From: Elusimicrobiota bacterium
GTDB taxonomy: Bacteria; Elusimicrobiota; Elusimicrobia; F11
NCBI GenBank assembly: GCA_046153645.1
Contig: JBJXGI010000021.1
Coordinates: 1 to 34,822, forward strand
DNA: 34,822 bases
Reading direction: 5' to 3'
In this document: piece by piece, positions 1 through 9,083 of the stretch
Position numbering within the stretch: position 1 is the first letter of the stretch
Layout of the letters: every line of letters starts with the position of its first letter
Position numbers and translations under genes: made by a program
The notes under the pieces: generated by a model
What the model was told of the DNA's origin: nothing
The model's input: only the letters and a program-made list of their open reading frames with translations
Databases searched by the model: none

Positions 1-201
1 AGACCCCTCCATTGGGACACAAATAAGACCACGTCCATACTTTGCCATAAAATTAATAGTAGAAGGCGTTACTTTTTCAGCGGAACAAATAAGATCCCCT
101 TCATTTTCACGATCGGGATCATCAACAACAATCACCATCTTACCCGCCTTTATCTGGGCAATGGCATCAGGAATAGGAGTAAATTTATATATTTTTTTCA
201 T
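1..201 (-). CDS. ribBA: 3,4-dihydroxy-2-butanone-4-phosphate synthase (RibB or RibBA N-terminus), truncated by window edge
   Basis: Manual translation from ATG at 201: [64 protein letters not shown]. Contains the DDxxRENEGD motif and follows ribE. The GTP cyclohydrolase II half is not visible. Confidence 0.9.
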   Translation of the reverse strand, partial: MKKIYKFTPIPDAIAQIKAGKMVIVVDDPDRENEGDLICSAEKVTPSTINFMAKYGRGLICVPMEGS

Positions 202-206
202 AGTGG

Positions 207-794
207 TTATTTTTTAAGGTATTTCTCAACATATTTGGCCATTACATCAGTTTCCAAATTAACACGATCTCCCACCTTTAAATTCCCCATATTTGTGTGC
301 TTTAATGTTAATGGAATAAGAGAAACTGAAAATTGATTTCGCTTAATTTGAGCAACAGTCAAACTCACGCCGTTTATCGAAATGGAACCTTTCTCAACAA
401 TATAAAACGATAATGATTTAGGGAAAGAAAACCATATATCTTTCATTTCAGCACTTTTGAGATTAACTTGAGCGACCCCTCCAACCCCATCAACATGACC
501 TTGAACAATATGCCCCCCCAAAGAATCTTGAGCTTTGAGCGCAACTTCAACATTAAAGATATGCCCTGTTTTTAAATCAGACAAAGTTGTTCGCTTCCAG
601 GTTTCTCGCGATATATCAAAAAGAATTTGGACACCCCTACGAACTTTTTTCCAACTTTTTACGCTTAAACAAACGCCATCGATAGAAATACTTTCTCCCA
701 AAATCGGCTTACGCTTAAGGGGCGTTTCTACCGTGAGTTGGGTGTTTGATTTATTAATCAGGCGCCCCTGAAAATGAATAAGACCTGAAAACAT
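207..794 (-). CDS. ribE: Riboflavin synthase (alpha chain)
   Basis: MFSGLI N-terminus (MFTGI motif) places the start at 794 rather than 812; [15 protein letters not shown] and NGVSLTV motifs present. Confidence 0.95.
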   Translation of the reverse strand: MFSGLIHFQGRLINKSNTQLTVETPLKRKPILGESISIDGVCLSVKSWKKVRRGVQILFDISRETWKRTTLSDLKTGHIFNVEVALKAQDSLGGHIVQGHVDGVGGVAQVNLKSAEMKDIWFSFPKSLSFYIVEKGSISINGVSLTVAQIKRNQFSVSLIPLTLKHTNMGNLKVGDRVNLETDVMAKYVEKYLKK

Positions 795-795
795 G

Positions 796-1884
796 TTAAT
801 GGAAACTCCCATGAATCAATAGATCATTTCCTGAATTTCTATATGACCAAGATTTTAGGCGAATGGCTTTAGCCACCTGAGGTACTCCCGGCCCCCCAAC
901 AGAGGGGATTGAGGTCTTCCCACCAATGATGAGCGGAGCCAAAAACCAATACACCTCATCAATAAATCGTTGCTGCAAGAAACCCCAAGAAGTCATATTT
1001 CCACTTTCTATAAGTAATTGATTAACATTTATTTTAAACATATTTTTAAGGAATATACTTAGTTCAAAAAAACCATATTTAAGACTATTTCTTAAGATTT
1101 GAACCCCCTTTTTTTCCAATCTCTTGGCCTTTACTGCTGAGGCTGATGGGCTACAAATAACCATAGTGGGGGCTCTTTGATCATTAAACAATTGAAGAGA
1201 AAGAGGCGCTCGCAAATGAGGGTCCAGTATAATCCGTAGAGGATTTCGTCCTTTTCCATGAGAGGTCAAAGTGGGGTTATCTTTTATTGCTGTCCCAACA
1301 CCAATAAGTACGGCATCAGATTCCGCCCTTAACGTATGAACTAAACTCCGAGAATCGACACTTGAAATCCATTGAGAATCCCCCTTTGAAGTAGCGATTT
1401 TTCCGTCCAATGATGAAGCTACTTTCAAAATGACGTGAGGTCGCCCAAGCTTCATAGCAGTAAAAAAAGACCGATTAAGAATTCTAGCGTTTTCTTCCTC
1501 AAGTCCCACAGACACCTTTATTTTGGCTTTTTTTAAGCCCAATACACCTTTACCTGAAACACGGGGATTGGGGTCTCTAGTAGCAATAAAAACCTCTTTT
1601 ACTCCGGATTCTTGAACCAATGGCAGGCAAGGTGGGGTTTTTCCAAAATGAGTACAGGGCTCTAAGGTGAGGTAAAGAGTGGCTCCATTGGCTTTTTTCT
1701 TCAGTTTTGAGAGAGCCAACACTTCAGCATGAGGACCACCATAGGTCTTATGATACCCCTCTGCTATGATCTTTCCATTTTTTACAACAACAGCGCCAAC
1801 ACAAGGGTTTGGATGAGCTCCCAAACGGCCTTGTTCAGCCAGAGCCAATGCGCGTCGCATAAAATGTGAATGATCAAGGTTCAT
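796..1884 (-). CDS. ribD: Bifunctional diaminohydroxyphosphoribosylaminopyrimidine deaminase/reductase
   Basis: PNPCVGAV, HAE and EPCTHFGKTPPC zinc motifs; SLDGKIA reductase domain. Confidence 0.95.
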   Translation of the reverse strand: MNLDHSHFMRRALALAEQGRLGAHPNPCVGAVVVKNGKIIAEGYHKTYGGPHAEVLALSKLKKKANGATLYLTLEPCTHFGKTPPCLPLVQESGVKEVFIATRDPNPRVSGKGVLGLKKAKIKVSVGLEEENARILNRSFFTAMKLGRPHVILKVASSLDGKIATSKGDSQWISSVDSRSLVHTLRAESDAVLIGVGTAIKDNPTLTSHGKGRNPLRIILDPHLRAPLSLQLFNDQRAPTMVICSPSASAVKAKRLEKKGVQILRNSLKYGFFELSIFLKNMFKINVNQLLIESGNMTSWGFLQQRFIDEVYWFLAPLIIGGKTSIPSVGGPGVPQVAKAIRLKSWSYRNSGNDLLIHGSFH

Positions 1885-1885
1885 A

Positions 1886-1925
1886 TAAAAATAAAATGGA
1901 TCCCAATAACCTATTGGGATCCATT
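1886..1925 (-). terminator. Intrinsic terminator-like hairpin after rpmB
   Basis: Perfect 14-bp stem AATGGATCCCAATA/TATTGGGATCCATT (1895-1925), followed by a U-rich run on the minus strand. Confidence 0.7.
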
Positions 1926-1944
1926 ACCTAAAAACTAATTTAAA

Positions 1945-2199
1945 TTAAGCAAATATAAGACTGGGGTTTCTTCTAACAACTCGAGCACGCATTTTCTTAA
2001 CTGACTTCATTCCTTTCTTGGTTAAGGTTTTAAGAGCCGAAGTTGATATACGAACTGAAATCCATTTGTTTTCTTCTGGAACAAAAATTCTTTTTTTCTT
2101 TACATTGGGTTCCCATCGTCGACGAGTATGGCGTTTAGAATGAGAAACATTACTGCCTGACATTGGGCCAATTCCGGTTAAATCACATCTTTTAGACAT
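1945..2199 (-). CDS. rpmB: 50S ribosomal protein L28
   Basis: MSKRCDLTG...GSNVSHS...TRRRWEPN; AAGGAAGG RBS upstream. Confidence 0.95.
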   Translation of the reverse strand: MSKRCDLTGIGPMSGSNVSHSKRHTRRRWEPNVKKKRIFVPEENKWISVRISTSALKTLTKKGMKSVKKMRARVVRRNPSLIFA

Positions 2200-2237
2200 A
2201 TCAAGATTCCTTCCTTATTTATAATGCCATGATCATA

Positions 2238-3008
2238 TCAAAAAAATGATTGCTTCAAAACTCTTAAGACGAAAAAAGGCAATTTTATCATCCGTAAAAA
2301 ACGAGAGGGTTCCTGAAATAGTCTAAAAATCCATTCGAATCCATATATCTGCATCCACTTTGGCGCCCGCTTTAGTTTCCCTGACCAAACATCAAAACAT
2401 CCGCCAATCCCAATATATATGGCTGGAGAAAGCTTTTTTAGATGTTCATAGATCCAAACATCTTGTCTTGGCATACCAAGCCCTACCAAAACAAGGCTCG
2501 GCTTTAATAAATGGATATTCCTTAAAATAGATTCTTTTTCTTGTGCCGTAAAATATCCATGATGAGTCCCCACCACTTTTAAACCAGGAATTTCTGCTTC
2601 TAATTTTTTAGCTGTCATTTCCGGAACACCTAAGTTCCCCCCAAGAAAATAAACAGATTTCCCCATTTTGGCACAAAGCTTTAAAAGTTGATAAGAAAAA
2701 TCTATACCAGGAAATCGACCAAGATCGGGTAGTTTCAATTTTTTACTCGCCCATTCAATGCCAGTGGAATCATTAATAACCAATGAAGCCGTCTCACAAG
2801 CCTGTAACAATAATCGATTATTTTGACATTCAAGAAGCAACAGTGGATTGGCGGTAATAATTTGATGAACGCCTTCATCATTCATCCATTGGTGACATAA
2901 AGATAAAATATCAACATCAACAATAGAATGAACCGGAACACCCAATACTTTTATGGTATTGAGAGATTGACCTGCTACTTTCTCAGTTTTAGGCGTTAGC
3001 AGGCTCAA
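2238..3008 (-). CDS. WecG/TagA/CpsF family glycosyltransferase (GT26)
   Basis: IITANP, FPGIDF, YFLGG, HHGYF, GLGMPRQD, GIGGCFD, RAPKWMQ, EWIFRL motifs. The start is uncertain; in-frame TTG at 3008, overlapping the smc end, is the most plausible. Confidence 0.88.
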   Translation of the reverse strand: MSLLTPKTEKVAGQSLNTIKVLGVPVHSIVDVDILSLCHQWMNDEGVHQIITANPLLLLECQNNRLLLQACETASLVINDSTGIEWASKKLKLPDLGRFPGIDFSYQLLKLCAKMGKSVYFLGGNLGVPEMTAKKLEAEIPGLKVVGTHHGYFTAQEKESILRNIHLLKPSLVLVGLGMPRQDVWIYEHLKKLSPAIYIGIGGCFDVWSGKLKRAPKWMQIYGFEWIFRLFQEPSRFLRMIKLPFFVLRVLKQSFF

Positions 3009-6000
3009 CGGCTTGTGCCGCTGGTTGCTTCTCTGATGCTTTTTGAAGCCTAGCGGATAGCACCTTAGAAACACCCAATTCTTCCATCGTGACACCAAAA
3101 AGGTTATTAGCGGCCTCCATGGTTCGCTTATTATGACTAATAAGCATAAACTGACTATTTTGACTGAAGAACTTCAGCATATCTACATAACGAAGGACAT
3201 TGGCCTCATCAAGAGGGGCATCCACTTCGTCCATAAGTGCAAGTGGTGAGGGTCTGACTTGAAAAAAAGCAAATAAAAGAGCAATCGCTGTTAATGCTTT
3301 TTCTCCACCAGATAAAAGTGAAATATGAAGAAGTTTTTTACCTGGGGGTTGGCAGAAAATATCAATACCCGTATTTAAAATATCTGTCTCATCTGTGAAT
3401 CTAAGATCAGCTTCCCCACCTTGGAAAAGTTTTCCATATAAATTTCTAAAGTTTTCACGAACCTTATCAAAAGTTTCTCTAAAGTGATCACGAGTGGTTG
3501 AGTTAATTTTCGCAATAACTTGTTTTAAATCATCTTTCGCTTTCAAAAGGTCAGCTTGTTGCGTGGTCATGAAAGTGTTTTTTTCCATGAGTTCTGCATG
3601 TTCTTGCGGAGCTGCTAAATTAATAGGCCCTATATTCGCAACACGCTTCTTTAATTTTTCAAGAGTTTCAACGTCAGCAACTTGTGCCTGGAATTGTTCA
3701 CGAGCAAGCTCAATGGTAAGTTCATATTGATCATGAAGTTTTTGTGTGACCAAATCCTGTTTATTATGAATATTACTTTCATTAATCATTTCTTTTTGAA
3801 CTTCTTCTTGAATATCTGAAAGTTCGCGACGGATCTGAGAAAGACCTGCTTCGCATTTCTGTATTTGTTCACTTAAACTAACGCGTTCAGATTGAATTTG
3901 AGCCACAGCAGCTGAGGCCACCGATCTTTTAGAGACTGAACCTTCAATAAGAGCCTGCGCTTCTTTTTGAACATTTTGAGACAACTCAACTTCTGATTTC
4001 ATAGAAAGTATTTCTTTTTTGTTTCGATCAGCATTAAGATTTAACTGATTAATTTCAACTTGAATATGATCAATGACAGATTGCTGCCAGTTCAATTTTT
4101 CAAGATACGCATTATGACGTTCTGTTTTACTAGTCAAATCAGCATTTAATTCAGCATGCTTCTGCTGTAATTCAGTTAATTCTTGTTGCAATAAATCAAG
4201 CGCGTGGTGATCGTCTTCTTCATGACGTTGGAGTTGATTAAATCCTGTATTGGCTTCATCAAAGAAAAATTGAGTTTGTTTTTTCTGTTCTTCAATTTGA
4301 ACGGATTCAACTGAAAGATTTTCCAATTCACGAGTAAACAAAGTTTTTCTATCGCCGATTCGTCTGTTTTCTTTGACGACCCAATCTTTTTGAACTCGCG
4401 CCTCTTGAAGCTCCTGATAAAGCTTATCTTTCTCAGATTTCGTGGAAACCAATTCGTTTTCCGAAGTTGTAATCGTATTTTCTAATTCACCTTTGGAAAT
4501 CTGAATCTGAATTAAATCAGCCTCAAGTTCAGGCAATCGATAAATCATGTGACTTTGCCAACTAGAAGGTTCAACTCCGCCATTAACAAATGTTTTCCCC
4601 ATTACAGTAGAGCCATCTGAATCCAAAGATCCACATAAATAATTTAATAATGGTTTATATTTCTCCGTGCATTGAATTTTTTCAGAAATAGAATTTCCAA
4701 AGGAACTGCTTTCACTGTTGCTGAGCGGAAGTTGATTAAGCACCCAAATTTTAGCTCGTCCTTTTCCATTATTTTTTAAATGATCAATAGCGCGTTTGGC
4801 ATCTTCCAAAGTATCTGCAACCAAATCCGAAAGTTGTTCACCTAATGCGGCAGCAACCATATCGCGATTTTCTTCGTTACTATGAAAAAGTTTATTAATA
4901 GGCCCATAAACACCAGGCAAACCAACAGAGATGATTTCATGAGCACCAGCTAAATAAGGATCGTGATTTTGTTGTTCCGAGATAGATGAAATAAGACCTT
5001 TCAATCTCGCCATCGCCTCTAATTTATCGTGAACAGCTTTTTTATTGGTGTCGTTCGATTCTTCAATTTGACTTAATTCATTTGTCAATTGAATGTACTG
5101 AGTTTCTAAAGTCACTAATTTTTCAGTGAGTGATTTTTCTTGATTTTCATGGGTCACAAACTGAACAGAAACTTCTTCCATTTGCATCTGAACCCGAGAT
5201 TTATCTTTTACGAGACTTTCGATCTGAGATTCAAACCGAGTCAAATCTGAAATAGACTGATTAATTTTTTGCTGCAAACGCGATCGCTCTTGAGCTCTTT
5301 CTAAAATTAAATCTCGAGCCACTTTCACTTCACTTTTTTTATTTTCCAATTGATCCAAAGCGCTTTTTACTTTTGATTGCGACTCGGAAAATTCAGTTTC
5401 GACATTTACACCTTCAGCTTTTAAGTTTTCCAGAGAGAGTTTATGCGAATCTAACTGACGAGCCAAATCGTCTAACCTAACCGTTTCACGTTGAAGAGCT
5501 TCCTCTAGATTTGCTATTTGTCGATTTAAGTCTTCTTCTCGTTGTTTTGATGAGTTAAGGCGTTCTTCCCCAATTTTAAGATCAGAATCTATGGCATTTA
5601 ATTGAGTATTGGCGGCCAAAAGATGTTCTTCTGTTTGAGTAAGCTTAAGACGCTGCTCAGAAATTTCGGTATCTAATTGGTGTGATTTTGTTCGAAGCTC
5701 TTCAGACTGCGTGCTCATTTTCTGAAGTTTTTCTTTCGATTCAGTTAAATAAACACTGGTGTTTTGTAACTGGAAAAGCCAATCACTGACTTCCATCACT
5801 TTCAATTCGCCTTTGATTCGCTCATAGGTTTTAGCTTTGGTAACAGCGTTTTCGAGCTTTCGAATTTGATCTTGAGTAACTGTAATGATGTCAAACAATC
5901 GAGACAAATCAATTTCAACTTTCTCTAACTTTCTAAGAGCTTCTTCTCGGCGAGCACGATATTTGGAAACACCTGCTGCTTCTTCAAATAACTCTCTTCG

Positions 6001-6468
6001 CTCTTCTGGCTTAGCTTGAAGAATCCATTCCACTTTTCCCTGTTCAAGTGAAGAATAACCATCCTCACCCATTCCAGTATCCAAGAAAAGCTCGCGAATA
6101 TCTCTTAAACGACACTGAGTTTTGTTGATGTAATATTCAGATTCTCCGGAGCGATAGAGTCTTCTAGCGATAGAAACATCTGTGAAATCAATGGGGAGAC
6201 GTTTATCGGAGTTATCAAAAGTAAGAGTCACTTCCGCCATATTTTGCGGTGGACGAGATCCTGATCCATTAAAAACAACGTCCATCATGGCGCTGGATCT
6301 CAGTGATTTGGCAGACATTTCCCCTAAACACCAGCGTACGGCGTCTATGATATTTGATTTTCCGCATCCATTTGGTCCAACAATGGCAGTAATCCCTGGT
6401 TCTATGTCCAGAGTAATTGTATCAGCGAAAGATTTAAATCCATGAATTTCGAGGCGTTTTAAGTGCAT
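2989..6468 (-). CDS. smc: Chromosome segregation protein SMC
   Basis: GFKSF, Walker A GPNGCGKSN, long coiled coils, hinge, LSGGEK signature, DEVDAPLD Walker B/D-loop; GAGGAG RBS. Confidence 0.97.
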   Translation of the reverse strand: MHLKRLEIHGFKSFADTITLDIEPGITAIVGPNGCGKSNIIDAVRWCLGEMSAKSLRSSAMMDVVFNGSGSRPPQNMAEVTLTFDNSDKRLPIDFTDVSIARRLYRSGESEYYINKTQCRLRDIRELFLDTGMGEDGYSSLEQGKVEWILQAKPEERRELFEEAAGVSKYRARREEALRKLEKVEIDLSRLFDIITVTQDQIRKLENAVTKAKTYERIKGELKVMEVSDWLFQLQNTSVYLTESKEKLQKMSTQSEELRTKSHQLDTEISEQRLKLTQTEEHLLAANTQLNAIDSDLKIGEERLNSSKQREEDLNRQIANLEEALQRETVRLDDLARQLDSHKLSLENLKAEGVNVETEFSESQSKVKSALDQLENKKSEVKVARDLILERAQERSRLQQKINQSISDLTRFESQIESLVKDKSRVQMQMEEVSVQFVTHENQEKSLTEKLVTLETQYIQLTNELSQIEESNDTNKKAVHDKLEAMARLKGLISSISEQQNHDPYLAGAHEIISVGLPGVYGPINKLFHSNEENRDMVAAALGEQLSDLVADTLEDAKRAIDHLKNNGKGRAKIWVLNQLPLSNSESSSFGNSISEKIQCTEKYKPLLNYLCGSLDSDGSTVMGKTFVNGGVEPSSWQSHMIYRLPELEADLIQIQISKGELENTITTSENELVSTKSEKDKLYQELQEARVQKDWVVKENRRIGDRKTLFTRELENLSVESVQIEEQKKQTQFFFDEANTGFNQLQRHEEDDHHALDLLQQELTELQQKHAELNADLTSKTERHNAYLEKLNWQQSVIDHIQVEINQLNLNADRNKKEILSMKSEVELSQNVQKEAQALIEGSVSKRSVASAAVAQIQSERVSLSEQIQKCEAGLSQIRRELSDIQEEVQKEMINESNIHNKQDLVTQKLHDQYELTIELAREQFQAQVADVETLEKLKKRVANIGPINLAAPQEHAELMEKNTFMTTQQADLLKAKDDLKQVIAKINSTTRDHFRETFDKVRENFRNLYGKLFQGGEADLRFTDETDILNTGIDIFCQPPGKKLLHISLLSGGEKALTAIALLFAFFQVRPSPLALMDEVDAPLDEANVLRYVDMLKFFSQNSQFMLISHNKRTMEAANNLFGVTMEELGVSKVLSARLQKASEKQPAAQAVEPANA

Positions 6469-6485
6469 AGGTTAAGGGCTCCTCA

Positions 6486-6529
6486 CAACCAGATGTAGTT
6501 TACGACACAATAACCACCATATATTGATT
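6486..6529. promoter_or_regulatory. Tandem NrdR-box-like operators in the smc leader
   Basis: CAACCAGATGTAGTTT (6486-6501) and CCACCATATATTGATT (6514-6529) resemble acaCwAtATaTwGtgt and lie between the -10 element and the RBS. Confidence 0.6.
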
Positions 6530-6544
6530 CTGGAGGCGGAACAT

Positions 6545-6574
6545 ATTGTAAACGATTTAACCGTCGGTGGGCAA
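6545..6574 (-). promoter_or_regulatory. Sigma70-type promoter for smc
   Basis: Minus strand TTGCCC-N18-TACAAT, just downstream of the ferredoxin terminator. Confidence 0.55.
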
Positions 6575-6601
6575 GAAAAAATGTTGGGAAGATGAAGCCT
6601 C

Positions 6602-6645
6602 AAAAATAAAAAAGCCCTCGCCAGGATTTTTCCAGCGAGGGCTTC
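6602..6645 (-). terminator. Intrinsic terminator after the ferredoxin gene
   Basis: GC-rich stem AAGCCCTCGC...GCGAGGGCTT followed by a T-run on the minus strand. Confidence 0.85.
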
Positions 6646-6670
6646 TATTTTGAATTAAATATGAATCAGT

Positions 6671-7042
<372 letters not shown>

Positions 7043-7070
7043 TTATTTTTAGTTGTGTAAACTAAAAAAC

Positions 7071-8111
7071 TTAAGAACCACTATTTTCCAACTCTTTTTC
7101 TATCGCAGGAAGAATATCTTTAAAATCTCCTTCAACAGAAAAAGTGGCCAACTTCATGAGCGGCGCTTCAGGATCTTTATTAATACAAACAATTGTTTCT
7201 GAAGAATTCATTCCAGCTAAATGTTGAATTTGTCCAGAGATTCCAGCGGCGATATAAAGTTTAGGGCGAACAACACGACCCGTAAGTCCAATTTGATGTC
7301 GATAAGGAATCCAACCCGCGTCTACAGCACGACGGCTTGCGCCAACGGCACCGCCCAATTTCTTGGCTAAACTTTGTAAAGGTTTAAAACCATCTTGCCC
7401 ACCAACACCATATCCACCTGCAACAATCACAGTTGCTTGAGAGATATCAACTTCTTGATCAACTTCTGGCGTAAATTTTATAAATCGTTCTCTTTGTTTA
7501 TATTTAGATAAATCTACAGAGACTTTTTCTATTTCACCTTTTCGTCCCATTTCTTGTTTGCCAGGAGCAAAAGCCATAGGCCTCACAGTTGCCATCTCAG
7601 GACGGTGCCCACGAATACACAAAATGGTTGCCATTAATGTTCCACCAAAAGAAGGACGAATAGCGTTTAATACTCCGCCTTTTTCTTTATTAATTCCAAG
7701 TTCAGTGGCATCAGCAGTGATCCCGGTATTGGCTTGAACAGCAACTCGACTACCAAAAGAACGTCCAATTATAGAAGCAGGCAATAAAAACTTATTGGGT
7801 TTTTCTTTCATCATCAAATCTGTTAACACATTGGCATAAAGCTCATCGACAAAGTTTTCAAGAACGTCGTTTTCAATCACATAAACTTTATCAGCACCGT
7901 ATTCAATGAGAGTCTGCGCAAATTGAGAAACATTTTTACCAATAATGACAGCACATAATTTTTCATTTAATTCAGCAGCCAAGCCTTTAGCCACATTTAA
8001 TAGCTCAAAGGCTGTGCTCATTAATTGTCCATGCCTCACTTCTGCAAAAATCCAAACATTTTTATGATTTTCTGGCTCAATGGGAATTGAAAGTATTGAT
8101 TGTTCTGACAT
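7071..8111 (-). CDS. etfA: Electron transfer flavoprotein alpha subunit (FixB-like)
   Basis: TGITAD, RPSFGG, RPEMATVRP, GASRRAVD, QIGLTG, GISGQIQHLAGM. Confidence 0.95.
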   Translation of the reverse strand: MSEQSILSIPIEPENHKNVWIFAEVRHGQLMSTAFELLNVAKGLAAELNEKLCAVIIGKNVSQFAQTLIEYGADKVYVIENDVLENFVDELYANVLTDLMMKEKPNKFLLPASIIGRSFGSRVAVQANTGITADATELGINKEKGGVLNAIRPSFGGTLMATILCIRGHRPEMATVRPMAFAPGKQEMGRKGEIEKVSVDLSKYKQRERFIKFTPEVDQEVDISQATVIVAGGYGVGGQDGFKPLQSLAKKLGGAVGASRRAVDAGWIPYRHQIGLTGRVVRPKLYIAAGISGQIQHLAGMNSSETIVCINKDPEAPLMKLATFSVEGDFKDILPAIEKELENSGS

Positions 8112-8125
8112 GATTGATTTCCTAG

Positions 8126-8950
8126 TTAGATAATGTGAGATTCTTTAAGTTTTTGAACTAAATTTTTTGCCTTTTCAGCTGGTGTAGCACCAGTAATGAC
8201 AACACCGCCTGTTTTCATTGGAGGCCTAAAACTTTTTGCAACAATGGTTGGAGAACCTTTAAGACCAACACAAGCCAAATTAGCACCGATGGTTGCTCCA
8301 TCCCATTTCGGAATTTCAGCTTTTTTTGCGTTCATTTTTCCTTTGAGAGAAGGAACACGTGGTTCATTAATTTCTTTAATAACTGCGATAACCGCTGGCA
8401 AATCCATTTCAATAACGTCGATTCCATCTTCCATGAGTCGGTGAACAACAATAGTTCCACCTTTGCCAGTTCCAATGGATTTTATGTCTTCGACTTTTCT
8501 AACATAAGCAACATTGGGCCAGTCCAACCAAGCAGCCAAACCTGGCCCGATATGCCCCGTATCACCATCATTGGTTTGCTTTCCACAAATAATGAGATCA
8601 ATAGGTTTAAAATCTTTCATTACTTTTTCAATACCTTTAAAAAGCGTATATGACGTAGCCCACGTATCAGCTCCGGCAAATTCGCGTCCACAAAGATGGA
8701 AAGCTTGGTCGCATCCTCTAGAGATTGCGTCACGCAAGGCTTGTTCGGCTTGAGGAGGGCCCATAGTAAGAACACTCACCGTCGCATCACCACCCACTCT
8801 TTCTTTTATTCGAACGGCCTCTTCGATGCCATACTCGTCAAAAGGATTAATGGCGGCCGCCATTCCCTCTCTTTTTAATGTTCCGGTTTCCGGATCAATT
8901 TGTACATTATCTGTGGCTGGAGTTTGTTTGATACAAGTAAGAATATGCAT
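8126..8950 (-). CDS. etfB: Electron transfer flavoprotein beta subunit (FixA-like)
   Basis: CIKQTP, INPFD, MGPPQA, FAGADTWAT, GKQTNDGDTG, GLKGSPT. Confidence 0.95.
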   Translation of the reverse strand: MHILTCIKQTPATDNVQIDPETGTLKREGMAAAINPFDEYGIEEAVRIKERVGGDATVSVLTMGPPQAEQALRDAISRGCDQAFHLCGREFAGADTWATSYTLFKGIEKVMKDFKPIDLIICGKQTNDGDTGHIGPGLAAWLDWPNVAYVRKVEDIKSIGTGKGGTIVVHRLMEDGIDVIEMDLPAVIAVIKEINEPRVPSLKGKMNAKKAEIPKWDGATIGANLACVGLKGSPTIVAKSFRPPMKTGGVVITGATPAEKAKNLVQKLKESHII

Positions 8951-9005
8951 TTGAAATTATTTTCCTTGGGATAATTAATATTTGTAAATAATAAGGAGAG
9001 AAAAG

Positions 9006-9060
9006 CTTGCGTCCTTAATGAATTCAGAAAAATTTACCTGATTTCTATCAAGAACGCAAG
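9006..9060 (-). other. Long intergenic mRNA hairpin (processing site or attenuator)
   Basis: About 22-bp stem CUUGCGUUCUUGAU...AUUAAGGACGCAAG with three G-U pairs that form only on the mRNA strand, followed by CUUUUC. Confidence 0.65.
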
Positions 9061-9083
9061 TTCATGGAATCCTCTATTAAAAT

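Noticed and set aside
985..1015. RibD reductase motif reads IESGN instead of VEGG, suggesting inactivation
   Set aside because: The frame is intact and other motifs are conserved; a single deviation is insufficient to call loss of function.
3600..5900. Repetitive-looking low-complexity sequence
   Set aside because: It encodes the SMC coiled coils and is not a DNA repeat or CRISPR array.
2989..6468. SMC as part of a Wadjet/MksBEF or other defence system
   Set aside because: Canonical housekeeping SMC head motifs and rnc-proximal context; no jet/mks partners adjacent.
7046..7068. Inverted repeat TTTTTAGTT-N5-AACTAAAAA upstream of the ferredoxin; possible Rex operator
   Set aside because: Almost pure A/T and matches only half of TTGTGAA-N4-TTCACAA; likely chance.
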